Positions 32,687 to 40,535 of a DNA stretch of 45,213 bases are shown in pieces. The DNA comes from a virus, in the IMG/VR virus record IMGVR_UViG_3300010224_000017; one strand, written 5' to 3'. The notes below the pieces were generated by a model. It had not been told where the DNA came from, ran no database searches, and saw nothing but the letters and a program-made list of their open reading frames with translations. Positions within the stretch are counted from its first letter, which is position 1. The number at the start of each line of letters is the position of its first letter. The position numbers and the translations under genes were made by a program.

Positions 32687-33081
32687 CAGCCCAGCGTCTC
32701 CATCGCCGCGAACTTCTCGAGCCGCTTCCAGAGGTGGGCGACGTCGTCCGCTAGGTCCGCGTCGCGCAGGCAAAGCGCCTCGATGGTCCGCACCGCATGA
32801 ATGACGGTGGTGTGATCCCGCTTGCCGAAGTGCCGCCCGATCTCGGGCAGCGAGCGAACCGTCAGCCGCTTCGCCAGATACATCCCGACCTGGCGCGGGC
32901 GGGCAACCTCGCGGGCGCGGCGGCCGGAGACGAGGTCATTCATCTGCAGGCCGTAGTGGCGGCAGACCGCATCGCGGATGGCCTTGATCGTCGGGCGCGG
33001 TGCCAGTTCAGGCACAGGCTCGTCACGGCGCAAATCTTCGTTCGCGAAAGCGAATGCCTCCGCGCCCTGGTGGACGGTCAT
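32686..33081 (-). CDS. DnaA domain-IV-only protein (DnaA-box-binding HTH domain without an AAA+ module)
   Basis: [48 protein letters not shown] is the canonical DnaA C-terminal signature. Confidence 0.85.
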   Translation of the reverse strand: MTVHQGAEAFAFANEDLRRDEPVPELAPRPTIKAIRDAVCRHYGLQMNDLVSGRRAREVARPRQVGMYLAKRLTVRSLPEIGRHFGKRDHTTVIHAVRTIEALCLRDADLADDVAHLWKRLEKFAAMETLG

Positions 33082-33128
33082 AGTCTTCTCACTTCCCCCG
33101 GGACGGCCCCGCGCCGCCCGGAAACTCG

Positions 33129-33554
33129 TTATCCGTCCGCGACCGCGCTTTGGGCCTGGGCGATGAACTCGCGGGTGCGGCGCTTGAGGCGCGCAGTCTC
33201 CGCGTGATTGATGATGCCGTCGGCGCGAGCCTCGCAGATCTCACCGGCAAGCCCGCAGGCGCCCGCGGCGACCGCGTCCCAGTTGGTGTCCTCGGCTTCG
33301 ATGTCGACCAGGCGGCATGCGCCCGGCTCCGAAAGCATGTTGATCGCCTCAGCCGGCAGGAAGCGCCGCAGCCGAAGGACGACGTGAAAGGGGATGGCGG
33401 CGCCCGCCGCATATTCGCGCAGCGACGATTCCGGGATGCCGGAGGCGCGAACCAGCGCCGCGCGCGTCGTGTAGAGCCCCTGCCCGACGAACATCGAGAA
33501 CATGGCGACCTGCCGCTCCGCGACATCCCGCGCGAGTGAGCTTTCGTCAGACAT
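33129..33554 (-). CDS. HTH regulator (possibly CII-type lysogeny regulator)
   Basis: HTH-like [22 protein letters not shown]. Sits in the early operon downstream of the Cro-like gene. Start taken at ATG 33554. Confidence 0.5.
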   Translation of the reverse strand: MSDESSLARDVAERQVAMFSMFVGQGLYTTRAALVRASGIPESSLREYAAGAAIPFHVVLRLRRFLPAEAINMLSEPGACRLVDIEAEDTNWDAVAAGACGLAGEICEARADGIINHAETARLKRRTREFIAQAQSAVADG

Positions 33555-33765
33555 GATGTCGCGCCCCCGAAACGATATTAGAACCGGCATGAGCGCAACC
33601 GCCCATATGCTTCATCGGACAGCCGAGACGGTCGCAGGACCGGGTGCAGGGGTGCGCGGGATCAAGCTCGCAGCCGGGGCAGCGCGCGACACGCAGCGGA
33701 ACCCGCATCACGGCCGCGCCGATCGGCAGGTTGAGCCAGGGCTGGGAGACAGCGAGCGCGCTCAT
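33547..33765 (-). CDS. Hypothetical Cys/His-rich small protein (72 aa)
   Basis: CPGC...CTRSC...C...C pattern. ATGA overlap with the upstream gene. Confidence 0.4.
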   Translation of the reverse strand: MSALAVSQPWLNLPIGAAVMRVPLRVARCPGCELDPAHPCTRSCDRLGCPMKHMGGCAHAGSNIVSGARHHV

Positions 33766-33950
33766 TCGGCTGCGCCCAAAGGTTCGGGGGTCGTGTTTGG
33801 GGCCACGACCCCCGCCTCAAGGTCGCCTTGGGGGGCACGACCGTGAGTGTTCGAGTTGCTTTGCGTACCCGCCGCCCATGCGCGCGCGCCGATGATCGCC
33901 AGCAAGGCGATGAAGGGCGCTGCGATCGCGAGTTGAGCGCCGTCGCTCAT
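33762..33950 (-). CDS. Hypothetical small membrane protein (62 aa)
   Basis: TM LAIAAPFIALLAIIGARAWAA. 4-nt overlaps. Confidence 0.45.
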   Translation of the reverse strand: MSDGAQLAIAAPFIALLAIIGARAWAAGTQSNSNTHGRAPQGDLEAGVVAPNTTPEPLGAAE

Positions 33951-34162
33951 GCGGCCTGGGCCTGGGGCTTGTACGTCGCCATGAAGCGACGAACCTTAGC
34001 CTCCGTTTCGGGCCACACCCGGCGCGGGCGCTTGCCACTATCGCCGCGCAGGTCTCCGATGAAACGCCAATCGTTGACAGCATCCCGGCCGAACGTGCTT
34101 TCGGCCATGCCATGCGTTGCGATGAACGCTTCGATGTCGGCGAGCAATGGGTGAGCATCCAT
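33947..34162 (-). CDS. Cro-position early regulator (71 aa, HTH-like)
   Basis: First gene of the leftward operon, divergent from the CI-like gene across the operator region. Confidence 0.55.
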   Translation of the reverse strand: MDAHPLLADIEAFIATHGMAESTFGRDAVNDWRFIGDLRGDSGKRPRRVWPETEAKVRRFMATYKPQAQAA

Positions 34163-34176
34163 GCCGCTCTCGATAC

Positions 34177-34243
34177 GCGGGGCATACCCCGCATGTCAAC
34201 GCATTTTGCGGGGTACGTCCCGAGATTGCGGGATAGAACCCGC
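34177..34243. promoter_or_regulatory. OR-like tripartite operator region
   Basis: GCGGGGCATACCCCGC 34177..34192, GCGGGGTACGTCCCGA 34208..34223 and GCGGGATAGAACCCGC 34228..34243. TTGACA on the minus strand at 34194..34199 abuts the first site. Confidence 0.65.
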
Positions 34244-34978
34244 ATGAGGCATAATAGCGCCGTGCCGACAGTAGATCTTGAAGCGCTCCAAGCGGCGATC
34301 CGCGAGGAGACAAAGCCGCTCGGGCCGTGGACGCAGCGGGGGCTTTCCCTTGCGGCTGGCGGCAAGGCTGACCTTGTGCGGGATATCATGCGCGGGGGAA
34401 ACCGGAACCCGAGCGCCGATATACTGGTTGGACTGGCGCGCGCGATGAAGCGCGACTTGGCCGAGTTCGTTCGCGGCGAGCCGCTCAACACCGCTGCCCG
34501 CGCGGCCGGTAACAAGATCATCCTCACGGTGACCGGCGCTGTGGCGGCCGGGGTGTGGCTCGAGCAGACGGACTGGCCACCAGAGGAGCAGTACGAGGTG
34601 GAGGTTGCCCCGTTAGAGGGCGCAGAAGCCGGGCTGGAACGATTCCTGGTCGAGATGCGCGGCTATTCGATGGACAAGACCATCCCGCCTGGTTCTGTCC
34701 TCGATTGCGTCCGCGTGCCGTATAGCGACATCGTCCCGGAGCCCGGCGATCTGGTTATCGCCGAACGACACGTTCACAACCTCACCGAGATGACCTGCAA
34801 GCGCTTAGCCCGCGGGCCGGACGGCTGGGAGCTTCACGCTGAATCGACGAAGCCTGAATTCCAGGAGGTGATCAAGGTAGGAGACCCGGATCCATCGCTT
34901 CACGTCGACAACCCGATCGTGATCATCGGTATCGTCCTCGAAGCTCGGCAGATGCATAAACGCCGCAGATTGCGCTAG
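34244..34978 (+). CDS. CI-like repressor (HTH plus S24 LexA-type autopeptidase)
   Basis: C-terminal GYSMD (Ser nucleophile) and TCKRL (Lys) motifs. N-terminal HTH region QRGLSLAAGGKADLVRDIMRG. Confidence 0.85.
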   Translation: MRHNSAVPTVDLEALQAAIREETKPLGPWTQRGLSLAAGGKADLVRDIMRGGNRNPSADILVGLARAMKRDLAEFVRGEPLNTAARAAGNKIILTVTGAVAAGVWLEQTDWPPEEQYEVEVAPLEGAEAGLERFLVEMRGYSMDKTIPPGSVLDCVRVPYSDIVPEPGDLVIAERHVHNLTEMTCKRLARGPDGWELHAESTKPEFQEVIKVGDPDPSLHVDNPIVIIGIVLEARQMHKRRRLR

Positions 34979-35023
34979 CGGGGCACACCCCGCATTTTGT
35001 GATTGACGCGGGACATATCCCGC
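34978..35023. promoter_or_regulatory. OL-like bipartite operator region; the first site doubles as a terminator-like hairpin after cI
   Basis: GCGGGGCACACCCCGC 34978..34993, followed by ATTTTGTG. TTGACG at 35003..35008. GCGGGACATATCCCGC at 35008..35023. Confidence 0.6.
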
Positions 35024-35058
35024 ATTAGGTCTGTCCTCGTTCAATACGGGGACGCATA

Positions 35059-35286
35059 ATGGCGACAGCCGCAGCACAGGTTGGGATTTCACCGGGTTGG
35101 GTCGACTTCGTGGGGGGCTTTTGCCCCGTCGATCCGCATGCCCGGGTGCAGGTCCAGTTTCGCAGCGATCCGGATAGGACCTACGCTGAGCAGCTGAGCC
35201 GGCCGCAGGGTACCGCGGCCCACGCATACCGTTGGACGCTGACCGGCGGTCCCGGCGACATCGTCGCCTACCGGGTGGTGTTCTGA
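35059..35286 (+). CDS. Hypothetical protein (75 aa), first gene of the rightward early operon
   Basis: ORF downstream of the OL-like sites. Confidence 0.5.
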   Translation: MATAAAQVGISPGWVDFVGGFCPVDPHARVQVQFRSDPDRTYAEQLSRPQGTAAHAYRWTLTGGPGDIVAYRVVF

Positions 35287-35507
35287 TGAACGCCCCGGCC
35301 ACGATCCCGACCCGTCGCCAGCTTGAGCGCGAAGCCATGCTCGACGCCCGCCTTGCCGCTGATATGCGGGAAGAGGCGGCTCTCGACTTCATCAGCAACG
35401 GCGCGCGTCGCGTGTTCCGCTGGGCCAATGTCTTCGGCTTCGTGGTGCTGCCGCTGATCTGCGCGGGCAGCATCTGGGTCATCGACACGTTGTGGCCGGT
35501 CCAATGA
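35286..35507 (+). CDS. Hypothetical protein with a C-terminal TM helix (73 aa)
   Basis: TGATG overlap. FGFVVLPLICAGSIWVI. Confidence 0.5.
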   Translation: MNAPATIPTRRQLEREAMLDARLAADMREEAALDFISNGARRVFRWANVFGFVVLPLICAGSIWVIDTLWPVQ

Positions 35508-35959
35508 CCCGGCGCCGCTGGCTCTCGATCCACGACCTACCCAAGGATGATCGGGTCAACCGCATCATAGAGGTGAAGGATTTCACCGGTCGGGAGGCTT
35601 TCGCCTACTGGACCGGGGCGATCTGGGGCAGGGCCCCCGTGCGCAAGAATGCGCGCGCCCTTGGCTGGCGCCCGGAATACTGGCGCGAGACGCTGGGACC
35701 GGAGGAATTCGCCCAGGTTCTCACGAAGGCGCAGCGCCGGGTGATGCTGTGTCTGCGGGATGCGACCTTCGGCAACTTCCAGTGGCCGGGCGCGCCCGAT
35801 AGCTCGCTCGAATCCTGCCTGGCGCTTTGGCGCCGGGGCTACCTCGAAAGCAACGACATCGGCGGCATGGCTGCGTCGATCAGCGCCCGCACGCTCACCG
35901 TGCGCCTGAACGATCGCGGACGCGAGCTGCTGTTCCATGTCCAGAAAGGGCGGCAATGA
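35504..35959 (+). CDS. Hypothetical protein (151 aa), possible wHTH C-terminus
   Basis: ATGA overlap. LTKAQRRVMLCLRD... Confidence 0.5.
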   Translation: MTRRRWLSIHDLPKDDRVNRIIEVKDFTGREAFAYWTGAIWGRAPVRKNARALGWRPEYWRETLGPEEFAQVLTKAQRRVMLCLRDATFGNFQWPGAPDSSLESCLALWRRGYLESNDIGGMAASISARTLTVRLNDRGRELLFHVQKGRQ

Positions 35960-36132
35960 AAGCCGAGACCGAACTGAAGCGGCTTCTGCCGCAGCGCGAG
36001 CGCCTGATGGCGCAGCTGGCCCAGGTCGACCGCCGCATCGGGGCCGCGGCGCTGACCTTCTCCAAGTCGCGGGGCTACATGTTCCCGCTGCGGCCGGAGC
36101 AGATCAAGCGCGAGCTGGAGGTGCAGCGCTGA
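35956..36132 (+). CDS. Hypothetical small coiled-coil protein (58 aa)
   Basis: ATGA overlap at both ends. Confidence 0.45.
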   Translation: MKAETELKRLLPQRERLMAQLAQVDRRIGAAALTFSKSRGYMFPLRPEQIKRELEVQR

Positions 36133-36512
36133 TGCTGGCCCTTCGTCCCGACACGCGCCCGCGCATCAAGAAGAGCCTGAAGGCGGAGCACAAGCTTCGC
36201 TGCGAGCCCTTCCTCAAGTTCCTGCGGGGCCGCCACTGCCGGCTCGCCGGTCACCGGCTGCACACCTGCTCCGGCAAGGTCCGGGCCTGTCACGTCGACT
36301 ATGCGGGCGGGAAGGGGACGTCGATCAAGGTCAGCGACAAGTTCGCTATTCCGCTTTGCGACGGCGCCCATGCCGAACAGACGGACGTGCTCGGCTGGCC
36401 CGACTTCGAAGCGAAGTATGGGATCGACGCGAAGCAGGATTCGACCGTCTATTTCAGGGCGTGGCCCAGCCGGGCTGTCTGGCTCGCGGCGCATCCGGAG
36501 TTCGAAGCATGA
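36132..36512 (+). CDS. Cys/His-rich protein (DUF968/Ref-like zinc-binding nuclease fold suspected)
   Basis: CEPFLKFLRGRHCRLAGH...CSGKVRACHV...IPLCDGAH pattern. Confidence 0.45.
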   Translation: MLALRPDTRPRIKKSLKAEHKLRCEPFLKFLRGRHCRLAGHRLHTCSGKVRACHVDYAGGKGTSIKVSDKFAIPLCDGAHAEQTDVLGWPDFEAKYGIDAKQDSTVYFRAWPSRAVWLAAHPEFEA

Positions 36513-36922
36513 TCGGCCTCCCGGAATGCGGCCCGGGAGAAATGCTTCTGCCCGATCGCGGCGGCTACATCATCCCGTCCAATATCAACCCGTGGCGCGA
36601 GCTGCGCCGGCCGGATCGGCGCTACACGGATGCCCAGCTGCGGGTGATGCCGCTCTACCAGCTGGATCCGGCGACGTGCGACGACGTCGTCGTCCGCTCG
36701 AGCGTCAGCATGCAGGAATATAGCTGGCCTCTCGGTACCCGGGCCCCGGTCTACCTCCTGCCTTGCCCGATCATCAGCAGAAAAGGGGACGGGGCGAAAT
36801 GCCTCGTCATCTCGCCCACGGGCCTGAAGAAGTGGGTCTACGCCGACGGCTCCATCACGAAGCGGCGCCAGGCGGATCCGGAGAAGGCGCCGCGGGGCCG
36901 CACGCACTGGAGGCGAGGATGA
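36509..36922 (+). CDS. Hypothetical protein (137 aa)
   Basis: ATGA overlap with the upstream gene. Confidence 0.5.
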   Translation: MIGLPECGPGEMLLPDRGGYIIPSNINPWRELRRPDRRYTDAQLRVMPLYQLDPATCDDVVVRSSVSMQEYSWPLGTRAPVYLLPCPIISRKGDGAKCLVISPTGLKKWVYADGSITKRRQADPEKAPRGRTHWRRG

Positions 36923-37003
36923 CCCGCGCCCAGAACATGGCCCGCATCCGCCGCGCCCGCCTGAAGCTCACAATTCTATCGCTCAAGAGAAGGGAATGGG
37001 GAC

Positions 37004-37894
37004 GTGGCGTACAAGCCTGACATTATGCTCTACCACGCCAACTGCGCCGATGGTTTCGGCGCGGCTTGGGCGGCTCGGACCAAGTGGGCTGATCTTGAAT
37101 GCCTGCCCGTCTCCTACGGCGGCCCCGTTCCTGATGTCGCCGGAAAGCATGTCCTGATTGGCGATTTCAGCTTCAAGCGCGATGTGCTGCGCGAGATGGG
37201 CCGGAGCGCCAAGTCGATCATCATCCTCGACCATCACCAGACCGCGATGGACGATCTGCGCGAATGGATTGTCGATGACGTGGATGGCTCGTTCTGGGCT
37301 GGCGACAATCCCATGAAGGCGATCCGCGAGAATGACGAGCGCATCGGTCAGCCGATCGCGGCGCTGTTCGACATGGATCGTTCGGGCGCGCGCATGGTCT
37401 GGGACTTCTGCCACGACGGCGATGTGCCGCTGTTGCTCCAGCTGATCGAGGATCGCGACCTGTGGCGCTTCCGCTTCGATGAAACGAAGCCGTTCGCGCT
37501 GTGGCTGCGCGCCGAGCCGTTCGACTTCAATCGCTGGACGGATATCGCAGAGCTTCTGGACACCGCGCCCGATGCGATCATGGCCGAAGCGAATGCCATG
37601 CAGCGCTTCTATGACCAGAAGGTCGCGGAGATAGCCGGCCTGTCCCGGCCTATGAAGATCGGCGGATTTACTGTGCCCGCGTGCAACTGCCCGCCGATGT
37701 TCGCTTCAGATGTCGGTCACGCCTTGCTCGACAAGCACACCGATGCACCGTTCGTCGCCTGCTATTCGGACCAGGGTGATGCGCGCGGATTTAGCCTGCG
37801 GTCGCGCGATGATCGCGAGGACGTGTCGGCTATCGCGAAGAAGTATGGCGGCGGCGGTCATCGCAACGCTGCCGGTTTTGGGGTGCCCGCATGA
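37004..37894 (+). CDS. DHH/DHHA1-family phosphoesterase (RecJ/NrnA/GdpP superfamily)
   Basis: HANCADGFG (motif I-like), IIILDHHQT (DHH) and GGGGHRNAAGF (DHHA1 GGGH motif). Confidence 0.8.
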   Translation: MAYKPDIMLYHANCADGFGAAWAARTKWADLECLPVSYGGPVPDVAGKHVLIGDFSFKRDVLREMGRSAKSIIILDHHQTAMDDLREWIVDDVDGSFWAGDNPMKAIRENDERIGQPIAALFDMDRSGARMVWDFCHDGDVPLLLQLIEDRDLWRFRFDETKPFALWLRAEPFDFNRWTDIAELLDTAPDAIMAEANAMQRFYDQKVAEIAGLSRPMKIGGFTVPACNCPPMFASDVGHALLDKHTDAPFVACYSDQGDARGFSLRSRDDREDVSAIAKKYGGGGHRNAAGFGVPA

Positions 37895-38142
37895 CCCCCG
37901 AATCCCCCTCCATCGCGGGGATAGTGGCGAAGCTGACGAAGGCTCGCCGCGAGATGATCCTCGCATTGCCTGCTGACGGTTCTTGGGGAGCGGTTCCCAG
38001 CCGCAGCGTCGCAAAGCGCGCGTGGTGGAGCATGATCCCCGGCCTGATCGACCACAAGCATTGCCCGGAAGATCGCAATGAATGGGCTCTGACAGAGGTT
38101 GGGATCGCCGTCCGCACAGCATTGCAGGAGCAGTCGAAATGA
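37891..38142 (+). CDS. Hypothetical protein (83 aa)
   Basis: ATGA overlap with the DHH gene. Confidence 0.5.
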   Translation: MTPESPSIAGIVAKLTKARREMILALPADGSWGAVPSRSVAKRAWWSMIPGLIDHKHCPEDRNEWALTEVGIAVRTALQEQSK

Positions 38143-38414
38143 GCCGGGAGGAGCTTCTGGCGCTGGCGGCGAAGGTTGACGCCTGCACCGCCGCAGACAA
38201 CGCGCTCGACGTGTTGGTCGATTGCGCGCTGTTCGAGCCGGGCCGTTTCGCAAAGGCGATCCGACCGAATGCGGCCGGGACCAAGATTATCGTCACGGAC
38301 GCGCGAGGCGGCGAACTGACTTACCACGCATGGGACTGGACCATGGACAAGGAGAGCAGGACGGAAGCCGCCGCCTCCCTCCGTTCCAGGGCCGCTATGG
38401 GGGAGGGGTTGTGA
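38139..38414 (+). CDS. Hypothetical protein (91 aa)
   Basis: ATGA overlap. Start trimmed from 38082. Confidence 0.5.
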   Translation: MSREELLALAAKVDACTAADNALDVLVDCALFEPGRFAKAIRPNAAGTKIIVTDARGGELTYHAWDWTMDKESRTEAAASLRSRAAMGEGL

Positions 38415-38749
38415 TGGCTGACCTCCGCGAGCAAATTCGGCGCGAGATCATCAACACCCCGGAAACTGCCGACTTCATGGCAGCGGTTCCGCTCGAAGCG
38501 GCGCATCAGCGCGAGCGTTGGGGCGTGGATCACGATGCGGGCAAGTCCCCCTTCGATTGGTTCTGGCTGATCGGCTACCTCGCGCAGAAAGCCGCCGACG
38601 CAGCGGTGCGCGGAGACACCGAAAAAGCTCTGCACCACACGATCAGCACCGCCGCCGCGCTGGCCAATTGGCACGCCGCTCTGACTGGCGCCGATACGAG
38701 AATGCGGCCCGGCACTCATCAGGACATCGCTGGAGGTGCAACCCAATGA
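38414..38749 (+). CDS. Hypothetical helical protein (111 aa)
   Basis: TGATG overlap. Start trimmed from 38222. Confidence 0.5.
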   Translation: MADLREQIRREIINTPETADFMAAVPLEAAHQRERWGVDHDAGKSPFDWFWLIGYLAQKAADAAVRGDTEKALHHTISTAAALANWHAALTGADTRMRPGTHQDIAGGATQ

Positions 38750-39867
38750 CCGAGAACCTCGACGATCTGCCGTTGGGGAAGCGGCTGCGCGAGCCCTTCA
38801 CGTCCTTCGAACATGGCTTCCGGCCAATTGAGGCGCCGATGACCCACCCCAATAAGCCTGTGAGCCAGCGGGCGGAAGAGATTGCGATCAGCATCGCTGA
38901 CGAGGCGTGGTCTGATAGCGGCCATTTCGATGATCTCAGCCCAGACCGGCAGCGCGAATGGGAGGCGGTTAAATCGTCCGCCGAGCAAGGGGCGTTGCGA
39001 GCATTCGCGATGTCATCGCCAGATCATGCTGATGAGTTTATGTCGGTCAGCATCACCCGTGATGGCGTCGTCACTTCGCACAATGCCTACGATGCCGACT
39101 TCGATCAGATGGTCGGGGCCACACAGAAGATAATCGAGGCGCTTCAACAGCGTTACGCCAATAGGCTAAAATGCCCTTTCGCCTCCGGAAAAGAACTGCG
39201 CAAGGCAGCCGAGGAAGCCGTTCTCACCCGCCCCGCCGAAACCCTAGAGGGGGAGGACGCGAGCGAGGTTGCCACGTACGACGAATTGGCCGCGACGATG
39301 CTGGTCCATGCGGAGGCAGGGCGCGGAATGCGGCTCGGCCCGAAAGGGCTCCGCACTGCCGCGCTGGCAATGAGGCTGGTCCGAGAAGAGGACGAGGGCA
39401 TAAAGGTGCACGATAAGCTGGGTCGGGTCGTGTCCGAACTAGCCGATTGGAAAGACGTCTATCCGGACGCGGAAAGCGCACTGGAAGGTGTCACCGAAAC
39501 CGTCAACGAGCTCTACGGATGTCTTGTTGATGGCGTGTTCGCCAAGGGGGTCGATAGTATCGAGACCCTTCCCGCCTCCACCCCCAGCCAGTCCGACGTG
39601 ATCGAGAAATGCGGGGCTATGAGCGCAGCGCAAGGCGAACTCTACCACGCGGCATCCCAATTCGCGCTTAGGGAAACAACGGAATGCGCGCTCGGGATCG
39701 TCGCCACCAACGCCACGCAGGAACGGTGCGACCATTGCGATGACTGCGCGATGCCGTGCTTCAAGGTCCGCCGCCTACGTTCTGCGGTGAATGCTGTTGC
39801 GCGCCTACAAAATGAAGGCGCCACGGTTAGCCAACTCGCCTCCAAGGAAGGCCAGCGCCATGGATAA
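38746..39867 (+). CDS. Acidic orphan protein (373 aa)
   Basis: ATG 38746 with GGAGGTG upstream. Asp/Glu-rich, with a Cys cluster near the C-terminus (CDHCDDCAMPC). Confidence 0.6.
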   Translation: MTENLDDLPLGKRLREPFTSFEHGFRPIEAPMTHPNKPVSQRAEEIAISIADEAWSDSGHFDDLSPDRQREWEAVKSSAEQGALRAFAMSSPDHADEFMSVSITRDGVVTSHNAYDADFDQMVGATQKIIEALQQRYANRLKCPFASGKELRKAAEEAVLTRPAETLEGEDASEVATYDELAATMLVHAEAGRGMRLGPKGLRTAALAMRLVREEDEGIKVHDKLGRVVSELADWKDVYPDAESALEGVTETVNELYGCLVDGVFAKGVDSIETLPASTPSQSDVIEKCGAMSAAQGELYHAASQFALRETTECALGIVATNATQERCDHCDDCAMPCFKVRRLRSAVNAVARLQNEGATVSQLASKEGQRHG

Positions 39868-40252
39868 GGTTGAACGGGCGCGGGAGGCAGCAAAGTGCCC
39901 TGTATGTGTGGGCACCAGTCCCATGCCGCACGATTGGCGCGAACTGCTCTGTGAGAAGCACAATCGCCAGTATTTGGCATCCTATAACGTCCCCATCCCG
40001 GCAAGTGGGCTGATCGGAAGCGGGGTTAGTTCCCGCCCCGGTGATCACCGGTCCACTTGCTCGGATGGCGGCGCGGCATACCGTTGCTTCGCCGCCTCAT
40101 GGCCGGTTGGCACCGACGAGGAAGACATAGACGAAGAGTGGGCCGCCGCTGATCAAGAGCGCGATCGCGCCCACCACAACCGCCGTTTTGCGCTCGCGAT
40201 GATCAAGCTCGCGATTGCGAACCTGAGAAGGGGGAATAGCTGTGCTCGTTAA
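39860..40252 (+). CDS. Hypothetical Cys-containing protein (130 aa)
   Basis: ATG 39860 overlaps the upstream gene by 8 nt. CPVCVG motif. Confidence 0.4.
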   Translation: MDKVERAREAAKCPVCVGTSPMPHDWRELLCEKHNRQYLASYNVPIPASGLIGSGVSSRPGDHRSTCSDGGAAYRCFAASWPVGTDEEDIDEEWAAADQERDRAHHNRRFALAMIKLAIANLRRGNSCAR

Positions 40253-40535
40253 GGAGCTTCGGGACGCGCTCGCTGACATGCCGGGCGAGATGCACGTCTA
40301 CCTTGTGAACGGTCACGGGGTTCGGTCGGCTGCGCACATCTTCCGCGGCAATCTGATCGGTTTCGATCAGTTCTGCGAACTGGCGTCAGCATTCGAGGAT
40401 CATACGCCCAACGGGCAGGACACCAAGATCGAGCGCGAGACCGGCTTCAAGGACCGCGAAGAATTGATCGCCGCCTACAATGCTCTCCTCGCCGCCTACA
40501 AGGCTCTCCTCGCAACCGAAAGCCAGCCCGCATGA
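40242..40535 (+). CDS. Hypothetical protein (97 aa)
   Basis: GTG start after GAGAAGGGGGA. Confidence 0.5.
   Translation: MLVKELRDALADMPGEMHVYLVNGHGVRSAAHIFRGNLIGFDQFCELASAFEDHTPNGQDTKIERETGFKDREELIAAYNALLAAYKALLATESQPA

Noticed and set aside
36919-37020. A 33-codon ORF (MTRAQNMARIRRARLKLTILSLKRREWGRGVQA) in the gap before the DHH gene.
   Set aside because: It is too short and low-complexity to support, and it overlaps the DHH start. It may simply be intergenic.
40097-40279. A 60-aa minus-strand ORF with a plausible TM helix, antisense and in codon register with 39860..40252. My hand count gave a higher third-position GC (about 84 percent) than the + frame (about 67 percent).
   Set aside because: It would be the only minus-strand gene in a + strand operon that otherwise runs uninterrupted from 35059 to 44362, it overlaps two + strand genes, and I saw no SD. 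In-register antisense ORFs are a known GC-rich artefact. Left unresolved rather than called.
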